Shown here in pieces: positions 41,261 through 54,489 of a stretch of DNA of 64,000 nucleotides (position 1 is the stretch's first letter; the number at the start of each line of letters is the position of its first letter). Both the position numbers and the translations under genes were made by a program. Origin of the DNA: the human T2T-CHM13v2.0 reference genome, Homo sapiens; NCBI RefSeq assembly GCF_009914755.1, contig NC_060932.1; one strand, 5' to 3'. The notes beneath the pieces were generated by a model. It searched no databases. It was not told the origin of the DNA and was given only the letters and a program-made list of their open reading frames with translations.

Positions 41261-44200
41261 TTTTTCAAGATATATTACAGTTTTACCGGTTTGTGAATGA
41301 CTTTGCCAGTTACTGCAGGTTTATAAGAATACACTTCCAGGTGTTCCTAAGTGGAGATTTATCATTTTGCTGCATCTGTGCCCTGCCCTGGGCACAGCTG
41401 CTCCTCCAAAGCAGCTCCTCTTCCTCTGGGTATAGAGACCATGACATGCTGGCCTTTTAGGTGTGTGGCTGGGCTCAGGAGCCCTCCACACTCCCCTGTG
41501 AGCAATCTCAGAAATGCAATCTTATCATGGAACTCCCTGGTGGAAATCCTCCAGGACATCTCATCACCTGCATGATTATGTTAGAAATATTGGTAGGGTA
41601 TGCAAAAACTTCCGCATTCTGGCTGCTGTTTTTCTCTCTATCATTATCTCAGGCTGTGTCCCTCAGTGTCAGGTTCACTGAAAGGCACTGGCCATACCAA
41701 GTTCCTCCCTTATTCCTGATGGTGCCATGTTTTTTTAGCCCTCTTTACCTTGGCACGTGTTATTCCTTTTCTTTGAAATGCTCTTGGTTTAGGTCATCTA
41801 GCTGACTCCTGCTTATCTAGAACCTGTCTCCTCCAAGAAGCTTCCCCTCAGATCCCAAGGATTACCCTGACTTCTGCCCACCCCTCTTGTCCCAGTGTAC
41901 AGATACGTATTGCTATTTCAGCACCCGTCTCAATACTTGCTGACATCTGTAGACGTATCTCTCCCATACCAGACTGTGCCTCTGTGTCTAGCATTGTTCC
42001 TCACAAATAGAGAAAACATTATTTGTTGAAAGAAGGTGTTCTAAGTTTAGCCTTTTTATAGTACATTATTGTTTACAAAATGCCCTCATATATAAAACTG
42101 GTATGGTACAAACTCTTTCTACAACTTAGTGACAATGGATGATAGTTATAATTATGCTCCCTAAATTTTAGCATTTCAAAATCCCTCACTCGCAAGTCAA
42201 CATTTTTCTTGAAATCTTTATCTTTGGTCAGCCTGTCAGTCTAAGAATCTTCCAAGGGTTCCTGAGCCACATCAGATTGTATTTCTAGGGGAGGACCCTT
42301 CCTCTATTAGGTCTCTTGGCAAGATGGGGAGAGGAGAGACATTGTCTCATGTGTTACCAGATTCACTGCCTAAAGTTTCGAGATCTTTCTGCTGAGTAGA
42401 CTGTGTTGTTCTGCAGCACACGTAGGCCTGCATCCATTCTACTTTAGGAGGTTCACATCACCAAGCCCTGCTGCTCCTCTTCTCACTGGCCAAGAAAAGA
42501 TTTCCATTTTGTGACCAGCTGTTTCCTAGAAAATGCTCTCAGCAGAATTCTTTAGACCGTGAGTGACTTTGTCCTCTTCTTTGTAGAATAGCAATTTTTC
42601 TCCCAGACCATGCATGGATTCTGGGGGCGTAGTTGGGTGGGAAACAGAGAGGGATATAGGTGTTATGACTGAGTATGGATGTCTTCCCATACTTCACTGC
42701 TCAGGCCTAGACTCTGGCCCACCCAACTACATCACTTCTTCATTCTGGTGATTTTCTCTTAGGGTCTTATTTCTCCTTCTAGAGTATCTTCTAGTCTATT
42801 CAACAAACCTGCATATATTTGAATCACGGTAATGGACAAAGCTCAAAGTATTGTCACAGAGCCCCTCGATCTCATGACAATATTTTTTTAAATGCCACTG
42901 GACTTTGTGAGCAGTTTAAGTTCCCTAAACACAGCATAGGAGGAGAATAATCTGTCCAGGCTATAGGGGACTTCTAAGGAAGAGTGTTCCCCATCTCCAC
43001 AAAATCACCTAACTGATCCAATTAAAATATTCTGCTACAGACAGACTTTTAAATTTGGCTCTCACTACCATTGCAGCATGTGGATAGACCTTGTTATTAT
43101 TCCCACTTTACAAATGAGATAACTGATATTCACAAAGTTTAAATAATTTTCTCCAAAATAGACAGTCAGTGAGCACCAAGGCAAGACTGAGGACCATGCA
43201 ATTAAGTATTACAAGTTAAATGTGCGGGTTTTGCAATCTGAAAGGCACAGCTTTGAGTTTCAGATATGCCACTTACTACCCAGGTAGACTGGAGCAAGTC
43301 TTATTTTCCTGTCCATCAAATGAGTAGACTTCCGCCTCTAGAGTGATTGTTTTCAGAGAACTGAGCCCAAAGCTTAGCACAAAACATGTGTCCAAGAAAT
43401 GTTAATTGTTCATATCATTCATGTTTTAAAACTCATCCTTTGATTTTATAACATCATGATCTCCATTCCCTTAAATTTAAGGAGCCAATGAACATGTATT
43501 GACAAATAGAATTTTTAATGAAATCATTTTCAAACATTTAGCATAATTTTAGTTTCTAAAGATAGGATCGCAGAAGCACATTTCATATAGTCAAATGGTT
43601 TACCAGCTGAGGAGTGCATTGATAAGATTGGGTCACAATAAAGTTAAGTATCTGCTGTAACAAGACAGTCTAATATGTACCATTGCTCTTAAGAAGTTTT
43701 TCTTCAAAAGTTATACTTGAATTTATATTTTTTTCCTCTAAACAAGGACAGCTTTGAGAAAAGGTGCTCTTGTTCTGAATTGGGCTTTGAAAACCCTTAA
43801 TAATGTAATTGAATTATCTGAAAATATGGAAATGATCTATGTGTAAATGACTGAAAGTGCAAGCAATAATCATTCATTCATTCATTCAAACTAGAATTTA
43901 CCTGATGCTTGTCACAAAGCACATATCAGTTCTAATCTGATGAGAAATTAATTCATAGAAAAAAATGTTATCTTCTAGAATATCTACTTGAAGCTATGAG
44001 CTTTAAAATTCTGAAAATAATAATTACATGTCAAATCCAATATTCTGGATTTGTTTTCATTCATATGAACTAAGGTTGAGACATTCGGCTTTGAAATTGG
44101 AGTTCAAATTCTCCTGATAGTGTGTTGTGTGGTTTCAGAACACATTTTTGATCTTTCTAAAACTTCATTTCATTTTCAAACCTATAACATGGAAAAAGCA

Positions 44201-45871
44201 TTCTAGTGAGACTCAGTCTCATCTGATTAAGTGAAGCTAAAGTAAGATATTGTGTATACTATGGCTGGTTGATAATAGATAATAAATATTAGTTCCCTTG
44301 TCTGTTCTTATAGCATTGCTGTCCACAGTGAGAAGAAAAATTTAAAACAGAATAGAACATCTTCTTGAGGTCCATTTTTTAAAGTATCTCTAATTTGTTC
44401 TAATAAATAATAAAATTCCAAATTCATTTGTGTCCTGGACATATTTTCAAACAAGAGATATGCTAGTATTCAGGAATAAACTATGGGTCAGACTTTATCT
44501 CTTGTCTCCATTCTTTGGAGGGTATACATCCAATGATCCCTCTGCATACACGAGCCTACAAACATGACAGTTTCAGCCTCTTCATGAAGTATGATATTGA
44601 ATTGGTCAAACCGAAACTAAAAATTAAGAAAAAATTTAATTGTGAATATAAAAGCAATTCAGTGATTTCCAATAAATTTTAAAATAGAATCTTACTGGAA
44701 TATGAGATGACTATTATAAAAATTGTGTTAATTAAAAGGAAAGTGACAAGCATCAATTTAGTTTCTACTTATGGCTGGCACTTCATGTATGATATATCAT
44801 TGGAGTTTTATAACTGTTCTATGGTTTATACAGAAGCAGTACATTGCATAACTCAAGGGCTGCCATGCACATCTTAGGCCATGCGTGGACATCTATGGAA
44901 TCACCTAGTATACGGTCTCCTGGACAAATAGAGTATCCCCAAGTTTATAAAAGAAGACTAGTACTGAAATACTAGTGATAAATAATATTTCAGTCATCAG
45001 ATCTAATTCTACTACTGTTTTATAAAATAAAAAACCTTTTCTGTAGAAAAGTTGCTAGTACTAGGAAATAATGTCATACTTACAAAGACAACATTTTTAA
45101 AAAATGTTCCTAAGCTAAATGGTGCACCCTTAATTAAAATTGCACATGATTTGTATGGTAAAGTGACTAAGATCTTTGGATGTCAAAAACCTTGTCATTT
45201 CTCTGGGACAACTAAACATTTATTCTTTCTCTGGTTACAATGTAGAACTTTGCAAAAAGTCATCATTCCCACCCTAACAATGAGAAATCACGAGATGAAC
45301 TAAGAAATAATTTTTACTAAACTCCAGAGAGAAGTGAGTCTTTCCTAGGTAAGCAGAACCCATTGCTAAGGGTGTTAACATAGTCTAGGAGACAGTCAAG
45401 AAGAGGTGTGAGCCTGGTAAAAGTTCAGACTTTTGCTCTGACAAGGAGACACTAAAACTCTTAGTGCTTGCATGTGCTTGCAAGGTATATTGAAATATAA
45501 AGGAGCTCACAAACTTAATGCTCACTGTCATCTATAAATCACTCTACCATGGGATTTTTTCTGACTAAGCAGGGTAGAGCTAAAAAGCAGAAAGAGATGA
45601 ATAGTCTTGGGTGCTGAGACCCAAAACCTTGCTGGAAAGAGGAACCAATTCCACCCTCCAGATATTTAAGAGTAGAGGTAAACTGGAAGTAACAAAAGTG
45701 ATAACTCAGCGCTACAACAGCTCAATTCCTCATTAGATTGAAAGAAATTGTCCCTCACCCTAGCTTCCTGATGGACGAAAGAGCATTTTTTTCCCTCAGA
45801 TAAAATTTGTGTCTATTTCAGTTTCTACTATGTTTTGTATGTAATATCTGGTACACAATAAAAAATATGAT

Positions 45872-46795
45872 AAAGCTAAAAAGTTGATCTCATAGAAGTA
45901 GAAAGTAGGATAGTAGTTAATAGAGGCTGGGAAGGAGAGAGGGGGATGAGTTGAGAAGATACAAAATAACAGCTAGATAAGAGGAATAAGTTCTAGTGTT
46001 CTATAGCACCGTAGACTGACTACAGTTAATAATGTATTATATATTTTCAAACAGCTTGAAGAGATGATTTTGAATGTTTCCAACATGCAGAAATGATAAA
46101 TGTTGCAGGTGATCAGCATCTTCAATCTAGTTATCATCAGCATGGCCTGAATCTTACTGAATGCAACCCGTTATGATAAAGAGGGCCAAGGTGAGAACTA
46201 GCTACTCAAGAAAGCAACATTCTGTAATTCTCTCTTGCCTTTTCACCTCATCAATTCTAATATGCCAAATATTTGGCCTGATGAGAATGACTGATGAACT
46301 TGCTGATGTGCATGTCGGGGAGGGTGGGGTAAGGGGTATATTATCTCCCAACTGGCCGTTCAATTTTCAGGCCATCATTCAAACTGGATAAGAAAAAGTT
46401 GATGAGAAAGGAATGGAGACAGCAGGATCCCTGGACTCCCTGGCTCCCAAACTCCTTGACTATCACTTGTAATTGCATATAATTTTTGTGTTTCTTGCTC
46501 CATTTCCTCATGCTATCACCCTTAATCTAAAGTCCTTGTGGAAAGGGGAAAATCACTGAAGGTCACTGAACACCATTGTATAGTTTCTTCAACCATCCCT
46601 GCCATGTTGTACATAGATATGTAATGCCATGTTTTATCTGTAGAAGTGTATATACATAAAGAAAATGATAAGTTTGAGGTGATGAATATGCTAATTACCT
46701 TGGTTTGATCATTACATATTGTATACATCAAAACATCACTGTGTACCCCATAAATATGTACAATTATATGTCAATTTTTAAAAATTAAAAAATAT
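45872..46795 (+). mobile_element. L1MA 3' UTR fragment split by a 540-bp unique insertion
   Basis: GATCTCATAGAAGTAG...GAGGAATAAGTTCTAGTGTTCTATAGCAC...; resumes with TTTGAGGTGATGAATATGCTAATTACC...GTACCCCATAAATATGTACAATT. Confidence 0.8.
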
Positions 46796-47495
46796 AGAGA
46801 AGCAAAAAAACCTATAACCAATGAAAAATAATCAATAAAAGCATATTTATGGACCATCTACATGTTCAAATGAGCACACAGAGGCTTTGAAATAATTACT
46901 ATGACTACGAAAGTAGTTGAGAAGAAAAAAATAGACAAAATGATTTGTTTAATGGAGAATTTTAGCTGAAAAAATAGAAACTCTAAAAAAAGACATTTAG
47001 AATACAAGAGTACAATATATGAAATAAAACCAATGAATAACTGAAGTCCAAGTTTAACACCAGACTAGACACCATGAGGAAAGGATTAGTGAAACTGAAG
47101 GGAAGTCAACAAAAATTAGCCAAACTGAGCCACAAAGAACAAAAATAAGAAGAATCATTTTTTAAATGAGAAAAGTGTATTGGACAATTGTAAAACGCTA
47201 TCTACAAATATGGATAAGTAAGTGGAATCTGAAAAAAGAAAAATAAGAAAGAATGTAACAATGTTTGATGAGATAAAGACCAAGAATACCTCAATCTGAG
47301 AAAGGTTATCAACTCACAGATCCAAAAATTTCAGCAAAATCCAATAGATTGAATTTAAAAATTAAAAAAGAAACATAATCATCTCAAATTCAAACTGCTA
47401 AGAATCAAAGATGAAGGGAAAGTTTTAAAAGCATGCAGAAGAAAAAGCACATATAACATTTAAGAAAACAACATTAATAATAATAATGGCTGGAT

Positions 47496-47764
<269 letters not shown>

Positions 47765-48479
47765 AATAATGGCTGGATTCTCATGGAAATAATAAAAACC
47801 AAAAGACAATGGAAAACATCTTTAACATGCTAAAAAAAAAAATTTGTCAACGCAGAATTATATAGCCAATAAAAATATCTTTCACAGAAGAGTAGAAAGG
47901 GGACATCACAGACAAATAAAAGCTGTGCAACTTTGTCACCAGCTGATCTAAAGAATAAATGGGAAAAATAAAAAACAAATAACAAGATTATAGACTTAAA
48001 CATAACCATAACAATAATTATAGTAAATGTAAATGGATTAATCATTTTTTAAGGATTGGATTTAAAAAGAAGTCTCCCAATCATACAATATTATGAGAAA
48101 TACATTTTAAATATAAGGACTGAGAAAGATTAAAACTTAAAGGAGAAAGGGAAATAAAATAATCTGCCAAAACTAATCATAAGAAAGCCAGTGTAGCTAT
48201 ATTAATATGAGAAAAAGTCAATTTTAAGAAAAGAGTATCATCAGAGATAAAGTGAGATATTTCATAATAAAAAAAGTTAATTCATCGGGAAGACAAAACA
48301 ATCATAAATAGGTACCTAGTAAAATATTTACCTGGTAAAATAACTTCAAAATATATAAGGCAAGAATTGACAAACTAAGTGAAGAAATAAAAAAGTCTGC
48401 AACTATAGATATTTTAATATAACTCTCTTAGTAATTGATAGAAAAATACAGAGAAGTTCATCAGTAAGAATACAGAATG

Positions 48480-48572
48480 GCCTTCCTTACCTCTAAAAGG
48501 CGTAGGTAGGGGCAGGGGCACTTGAAAGGATCAGTGAAAGTATCCATGATTCATCATGTTTAAAAATTTCTG
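48480..48572 (+). other. Putative SVA 5' transduction (93 bp)
   Basis: Non-L1, non-SVA sequence lying between the left TSD and the SVA hexamer head. Confidence 0.8.
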
Positions 48573-50525
48573 CTCTCCCTCTCCCCATGGTCTCCCTCTC
48601 CCCACGGTCTCCCTCTCCCCATGGTCTCCCTCTCCCTCTCTTTCCACGGTCTCCCTCTCATGCCGAGCGGAAGCTGGACTATACTGCTGGCATCTTGGCT
48701 CACTGCAACCTCCCTGCCTGATTCTCCTGCCTCAGCCTGCGGAGTGCCTGCAATTGCAGGCGCGCGCCGCCACGCCTGACTGGTTTTCGCATTTTTTTGG
48801 TGGAGACGGGGTTTCGCTGTGTTGGCCGGGCTGGTCTCCAGCTCCTAACCGCGAGTGATCCACCAGCCTCGGCCTCCCGAGGTGCTGGGATTGCAGACGG
48901 AGTCTGGTTCACTCAGTGCTCAATGGCGCCCAGGCTGGAGTGCAGTGGCGTGATCTCGGCTCACTACAACCTCCACCTCCCAGCTGCCTGCCTTGGCCTC
49001 CCAAAGTGCCGAGATTGCAGCCTCTGCCCGGCTGCCACCCCGTCTGGGAAGTGAGGAGCGTCTCTGCCTGGCCACCCATCGTCTGGGATGTGAGGAGCCC
49101 CTCTGCCTGGCTGCCCAGTCTGGAAAGTGAGGAGCGTCTCTGCCCGGCCGCCATCCCATCTGGGAAGTGAGGAGCGCCTCTTCCCGGCCGCCATCACATC
49201 TAGGAAGTGAGGAGCGTCTCTGCCCGGTGGCCCATCGTCTGGGATGTGGGGAGTGCCTCTGCCCCGCCGCCCCGTCTGGGATGTGAGGAGCGCCTCTGCC
49301 CGGCCGCCACCCCGTCTGGGAGGTGAGGAGCGTCTCTGCCCGGCTGCCCCGTCTGAGAAGTGAGGAGACCCTCCGCCCGGCAGCCGCCCCGTCTGAGAAA
49401 TGAGGAGCCTCTCCGCCCGGCAGCCGCCCTGTCTGAGAAGTGAGGAGCCTCTCTGCCCGGCAGCCACCCCGTCTGGGAAGTGAGGAGCGTCTCCGCCCGG
49501 CAGCCACCCCGTCCGGGAGGGAGGTGGGGGGGGGTCAGCCCCCCGCCAGGCCAGCTGCCCCGTCCGGGAGGGAGGTGGGGGGGTCAGCCCCCCGCCCGGC
49601 CAGCCGCCCCATCCGGGAGGTGAGGGGCGCCTCTGCCCGGCTGCCCCTACTGGGAAGTGAGGAGCCCCTCTGCCTGGCCAGCCGCCCCGTCCGGGAGGGA
49701 GGTGGGGGGGTCAGCCCCCCGCCCGGCCAGCCGCCCCGTCCGGGAGGGAGGTGGGGGAGTCAGCCCCCTACCCGGCCAGCCGCCCCGTCCGGGAGGTGAG
49801 GGGCGCCTCTGCCCGGCCACCCCTACTGGGAAGTGAGGAGCCCCTCTGCCCGGCCAGCTGCCTCGTCCGGGAGGGAGGTTGGGGGGTCAGCCCCCAGCCT
49901 GGCCAGCCGCCCCATCCGGGAGGTGAGGGGCGCCTCTGCCCGGCCACCCCTACTGGGAAGTGAGGAGCCCCTCTGCCCGGCCACCACCCCGTCTGGGAGG
50001 TGTGCCCAACAGCTCATTGAGAACGGGCCAGGATGACAATGGCGGCTTTGTGGAATAGAAAGGGGGGAAAGGTGGGGAAAAGATTGAGAAATCGGACGGT
50101 TGCGGTGTCTGTGTAGAAAGAAGTAGACATGGGAGACTTTTCATTTTGTTCTGTACTAAGAAAAATTCTTCTGCCTTGGGATCCTGTTGATCTGTGACCT
50201 TACCCCCAACCCTGTGCTCTCTGAAACATGTGCTGCGTCCACTCAGAGTTAAATGGATTAAGAGCGTGCAAGATGTGCTTTGTTAAACAGATGCTTGAAG
50301 GCAGCATGCTCATTAAGAGTCATCACCACTCCCTAATCTCAAGTACCCAGGGACACAAACGCTGCGGAAGGCCGCAGGGTCCTCTGCCTAGGAAAACCAG
50401 AGACCTTTGTTCACTTGTTTATCTGCTGACCTTCCCTCCACTATTGTCCTATGACCCTGCCAAATCCCCCTCTGTGAGAAACACCCAAGAATGATCAATA
50501 AAAAAAAAAAAAAAAAAAAAAAAAA
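48573..50525 (+). mobile_element. SVA retrotransposon (D/E-like): short CCCTCT head, Alu-like region, VNTR, SINE-R, polyA
   Basis: CTCTCCCTCTCC head; antisense Alu-like region ~48650-49020; GC-rich VNTR ~49020-50000; SINE-R ending ...CCCAAGAATGATCAATAAA plus A-tail. TSD AAGAATA(C/T)AGAATG at 48466-48479 and 50524-50537. Confidence 0.96.
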
Positions 50526-51789
50526 GAATATAGAATGTTATACAGCACCATTTAAACTAATCAACACTTGTAGTACACTTCATCTAACAACTGAAGAAAC
50601 CCATATTTTCAAACTGGACATGAAACGTTCACTAAAATATACTATATATTATGCCATGAAGCTATTCTCAATTAATATTTAAAAACTGAAATAATAGTAT
50701 TTATCACTACAATGAAATTAAGCTAGAAATAAATAACAAAAAGAAAATGAAAAAATTCCAATATTAGAAATAAAACAACATTTTTCTAAATAATCTATAT
50801 CTCAATGAGGAGCTAACAATGGAAATTAGAAAACATTTTAAACTAAATAAAAATAAAAACACAATATATTACCATTAATGGAATCAAGCCAAAACTGTGA
50901 TCAGAGGGAAATGCATAAAGGCTTCTCTTAAATGAAAAGAAAAGTTTAAAATCAATAATCAAAGTTTCATACTCAGAAAATTAGAAAAAGAAGAGGAAAT
51001 GAAATACAAAGAAAATAGAAGTAAGGAAATAACAAAGAGTGGAAATCAATGATAGAGAAAACATGAACAATGAAGAAATACCAACAAAGCCAAAATATGG
51101 ATGTTTGAAAATGACACAATTTTTCAATCTAAAAATTGTGAAATCTAAAAATTGTGAAAATGACACAATTTTTCAATGAGAGAGAGAAAGAGAAAGAGAG
51201 AGGAAAGAGAGAGAGGACATGAATTACCAACCATCAGGAATGAAAAGAGAGACATTACTACAGACATTAAGATGAGAACAAAAAGTATTATACATAACTT
51301 TATCAACACATTTGGCAACTTAGAAATAAGGATAAATATATTGTAAACCATAAATTTTTAAAACCGACATTAGAATAAATAGAAATTTTGACAAGTTCTA
51401 TATCTATAATAGTAATTAGACTCATTACTCAAAAGATCCTACAAAGAAAACTCCAGATCCACATGGTAGAAATGATATTAAACCTATTAAGGCATTAAAA
51501 ATATTTTAAAAATAAAAATAAAACTCATTTAGGAAAACCTAATGAAAATAACCATCTCCTCTCCTCACTCCTAGGCCCTCAGCTCAAGAATCATCTGTAC
51601 ATTCTTCTTTCTACTTCTTTATTCCTTTTCATGATCAAAGTTATCTTTTACCATTTTATGTAGTAGACTCTTATTTCATGTACTTACCATCTTATTTCAA
51701 ATAATTCCATTTTTTCAAGTTATAATAATGTTAATGATTTATTTACTACTTACTATATCTTACTATATCCCAGCACTGTGTTAAGTGTA

Positions 51790-52014
51790 ATATATATATA
51801 TAGATATATATATAGATATGTATAGATATATATAGATATATATATAGATATATATATAGATATATATAGATATATATAGATATATATATAGATATATATA
51901 TAGATATATATAGATATATATAGATATATATAGATATATATATAGATATATATATAGATATATATAGATATATATAGATATATATATAGATATATATAGA
52001 TATATATATATATA
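51790..52014. repeat. (TA)n/(TAGA)-interrupted microsatellite
   Basis: Directly visible TATATAGA-type array. Confidence 0.95.
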
Positions 52015-52944
52015 AAATTTTATCCTCATAAATGTGTGTATATTTTTCTAGTTTTACAAACAGGGAAACTAAGATTCAGAGTTCACTAACCTTCCTAAAG
52101 TCCCGGAAAACTCAAACCCCTGTCTGATTCAAAAACCCACACTTTTTCCAACACATCATCCTGTCACTAACAGTCAATGACATTCTCAAACAGCCTACCA
52201 AGAAGAAGTGCCATATAAGTTTTGTATTTGGTAATGTTTTAATTATTAATTGAACCAGAAAAAATAAGAACTTCAGAAGGAATATTTATCCAGCTGCTTT
52301 TATTCTTGTGAGCCAATCTGCCATGCTTCAAACTACAGAATTTTTCAGAGGGTGAATAAACCTTACTTACTTTATCATTTGTAAACTTCTAAGGATTGCT
52401 GAGTGAGACTTTTCTAACCCCATATGTTTTTATGTAAAATATTGGAGTAATTTAAAACAGACAGAAATGAGAAAATCTGTCTCATAAAATGGTGTAATTT
52501 TGCTAAGTGCCTACTCTAAATCATCTCCCACCACCACTCTGGGCTTCATATTTTTACTATTATCTCCTCCTTTACCTCATAGTTACACATTTAGAAGTAT
52601 TTATAACACTGGTCAAAAGCAAAGTCACTGAATACAGAAACTGGATCTTGTTTACCACTGTATATACTCAACGTGCCTAATGCCTGGCACATAGTAGGCA
52701 CTCAATAACTATTAGCTATATGAATTAATGAATAAGATATTTTTGTCTCTATGTTATTAACAACTTGTTTTGCATCCCTGGCTTTAAAATTCCCACTTTG
52801 TCAAATGTGCTTTTTAATGTTTACTATAACTAACATAATTTTTAAATTCCAGGCCAGTTTGGTTTAGCTAACAAATATCTTCGGAGTATCTACAGTTTTC
52901 TGGATCATTAAGAAAAAAAAATTTCAATTAAAACTTATGAAGAA

Positions 52945-53283
52945 CAGTACTGTTCAATAGAAATATAATTATATATGTAACAGGCAAGGCACGATGGCTC
53001 ACGCCTGCAATCCCAGCACTTTGGGAAGCCAGGATGGTCTTGATCACAAGGTCAAGAGATCAAGACCATCCTGGCCAACATGGTGAAACCCCGTCTCTAC
53101 TAAAAATACAAAAATTAGCTGGACATGGTGGCACACGCCTGCAGTACCAGCTACTCAGGAGGCTGAGGCAGAAGATCACTTGAACCCGGGAATAGGAGGT
53201 TGCAGTGAGCAGAGGTCATGCCATTGCACTCCAGCCTGGCGACAGAGTGAGACTCTGTCTCGGGAGAAAAAAAATAAGAAATA

Positions 53284-53330
<47 letters not shown>

Positions 53331-53630
53331 ACGTAATTGTGACACAAATGTGAGTCACATGCAATTTTAAATTTTCTAGTTTCCCCATTAAAAGTGAAAA
53401 AGATATGAATTTAATTTTAATAATACCTTTTATTTAACCCAATATATACAAGATATTATTGTTTTAGCATGTAATCATTATAAAGTTATTGAGAAGTTTT
53501 ACAAGTTTTTGTTAATACTAAGTCTTAGAAGTATATTTTTACATTTATAGAACATTTTAATTCAAACTAGTCACTTTTCAATTGCTCAGTAGCCCCACCT
53601 TGGTAGCAACTACTGTATGAAACACCACAG
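52945..53630 (+). mobile_element. MER33-like hAT-Charlie DNA transposon interrupted by an Alu
   Basis: CTGTTCAATAGAAATATAAT...TTTTATTTAACCCAATATAT...TGCTCAGTAGCCCCAC. Confidence 0.72.
52983..53276 (+). mobile_element. AluSc-like element with an internal template-switch hairpin
   Basis: GGTCAAGAGATCAAGACCATCCTGGCCAAC. Flanking direct repeat AGAAATATAATTATATAT, with the right copy expanded into (TA)n. Confidence 0.9.
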
Positions 53631-54112
53631 TTAGGAACTTATTCATAAGACAATTTTATGTGGGCAGGAATGAGATCTCTTTGAACAAATAATGTGGACA
53701 TTAAAAGAGCAGTGGAAATTACTTACTTCTGATTGGAAGAACACACTGATGGTGATTCACACTGGAAGAAAAACACAGAGCATGGCTTTTTTCTCTCTTC
53801 TAACTTTTGCCAGGTAGTGTGTCAGAAAAGACTTCTAAAGAGATTGGCACAGAAATATCTCTGAAGAATCAATTCCATAATTAAAAGAGACCTGACTCTA
53901 TAATTTGAGTATGGTGCGTATTCTAAGTATCTTGACTTGATCAGTAATTACCAGGAAGAGAAAGGGAGAAAGAGACTTCATGCCATCAGAAAGATACGCA
54001 GACACAAGTGTCAGTACCTGTACAACTTACATGAAGTGGAAATCAACAAGACCCTTAGTTCACTGGATCACAGTTATGCAATTGAGACTGTGAATAAATC
54101 ACAGTAACTTGC

Positions 54113-54489
54113 TTATATTATTTGGTTCTGTGTCCCCACCCAAATCTCAAGTTGAATTGTAATACCCAGTGTTGGGGCAGGGACCCTGTGAGAGGTAATT
54201 TGATCATGGGGGTGGATTTCCCCCTTGCAGTTCTTGCGATAATGAGTTCTCACAAGATCTCATTGTTTAAAAGTGTGTGACACTTCCCCCCTTGCTTTCT
54301 CTCTCCTGCTCCACCATGGTCAGTCATGCTTGCTTCTCCTTCACCTTCTGTCATGATTATAAGCTCCTGAAGCCTCCCAGCCATGCTTCCAGTACAGCCT
54401 GTGGAACTATGAGTCAATTAAACCTCTTTTCTTCATAAATTACCCAGTCTCAGGTAGTTCTTTATAGCAATGAGAGAACGGACAAATAT
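54113..54489 (+). mobile_element. MSTA/MSTB-like solo LTR
   Basis: GTGTCCCCACCCAAATCTC...GAGTCAATTAAACCTCTTTTCTTCATAAATTACCCAGTCTCAGGTAG. Confidence 0.85.

Noticed and set aside
41375-41805. GC-richer segment with 65-114 aa ORFs and an 8-bp hairpin
   Set aside because: No recognisable domain or convincing exon structure; ORFs and a stem of this size are expected by chance.
48556-50494. Dense cluster of GC-rich ORFs on both strands (up to 195 aa)
   Set aside because: They are stop-poor frames of the SVA Alu-like and VNTR regions; SVA is non-coding.
51781-52029. 82-aa IY-repeat ORF
   Set aside because: Microsatellite translation artefact.
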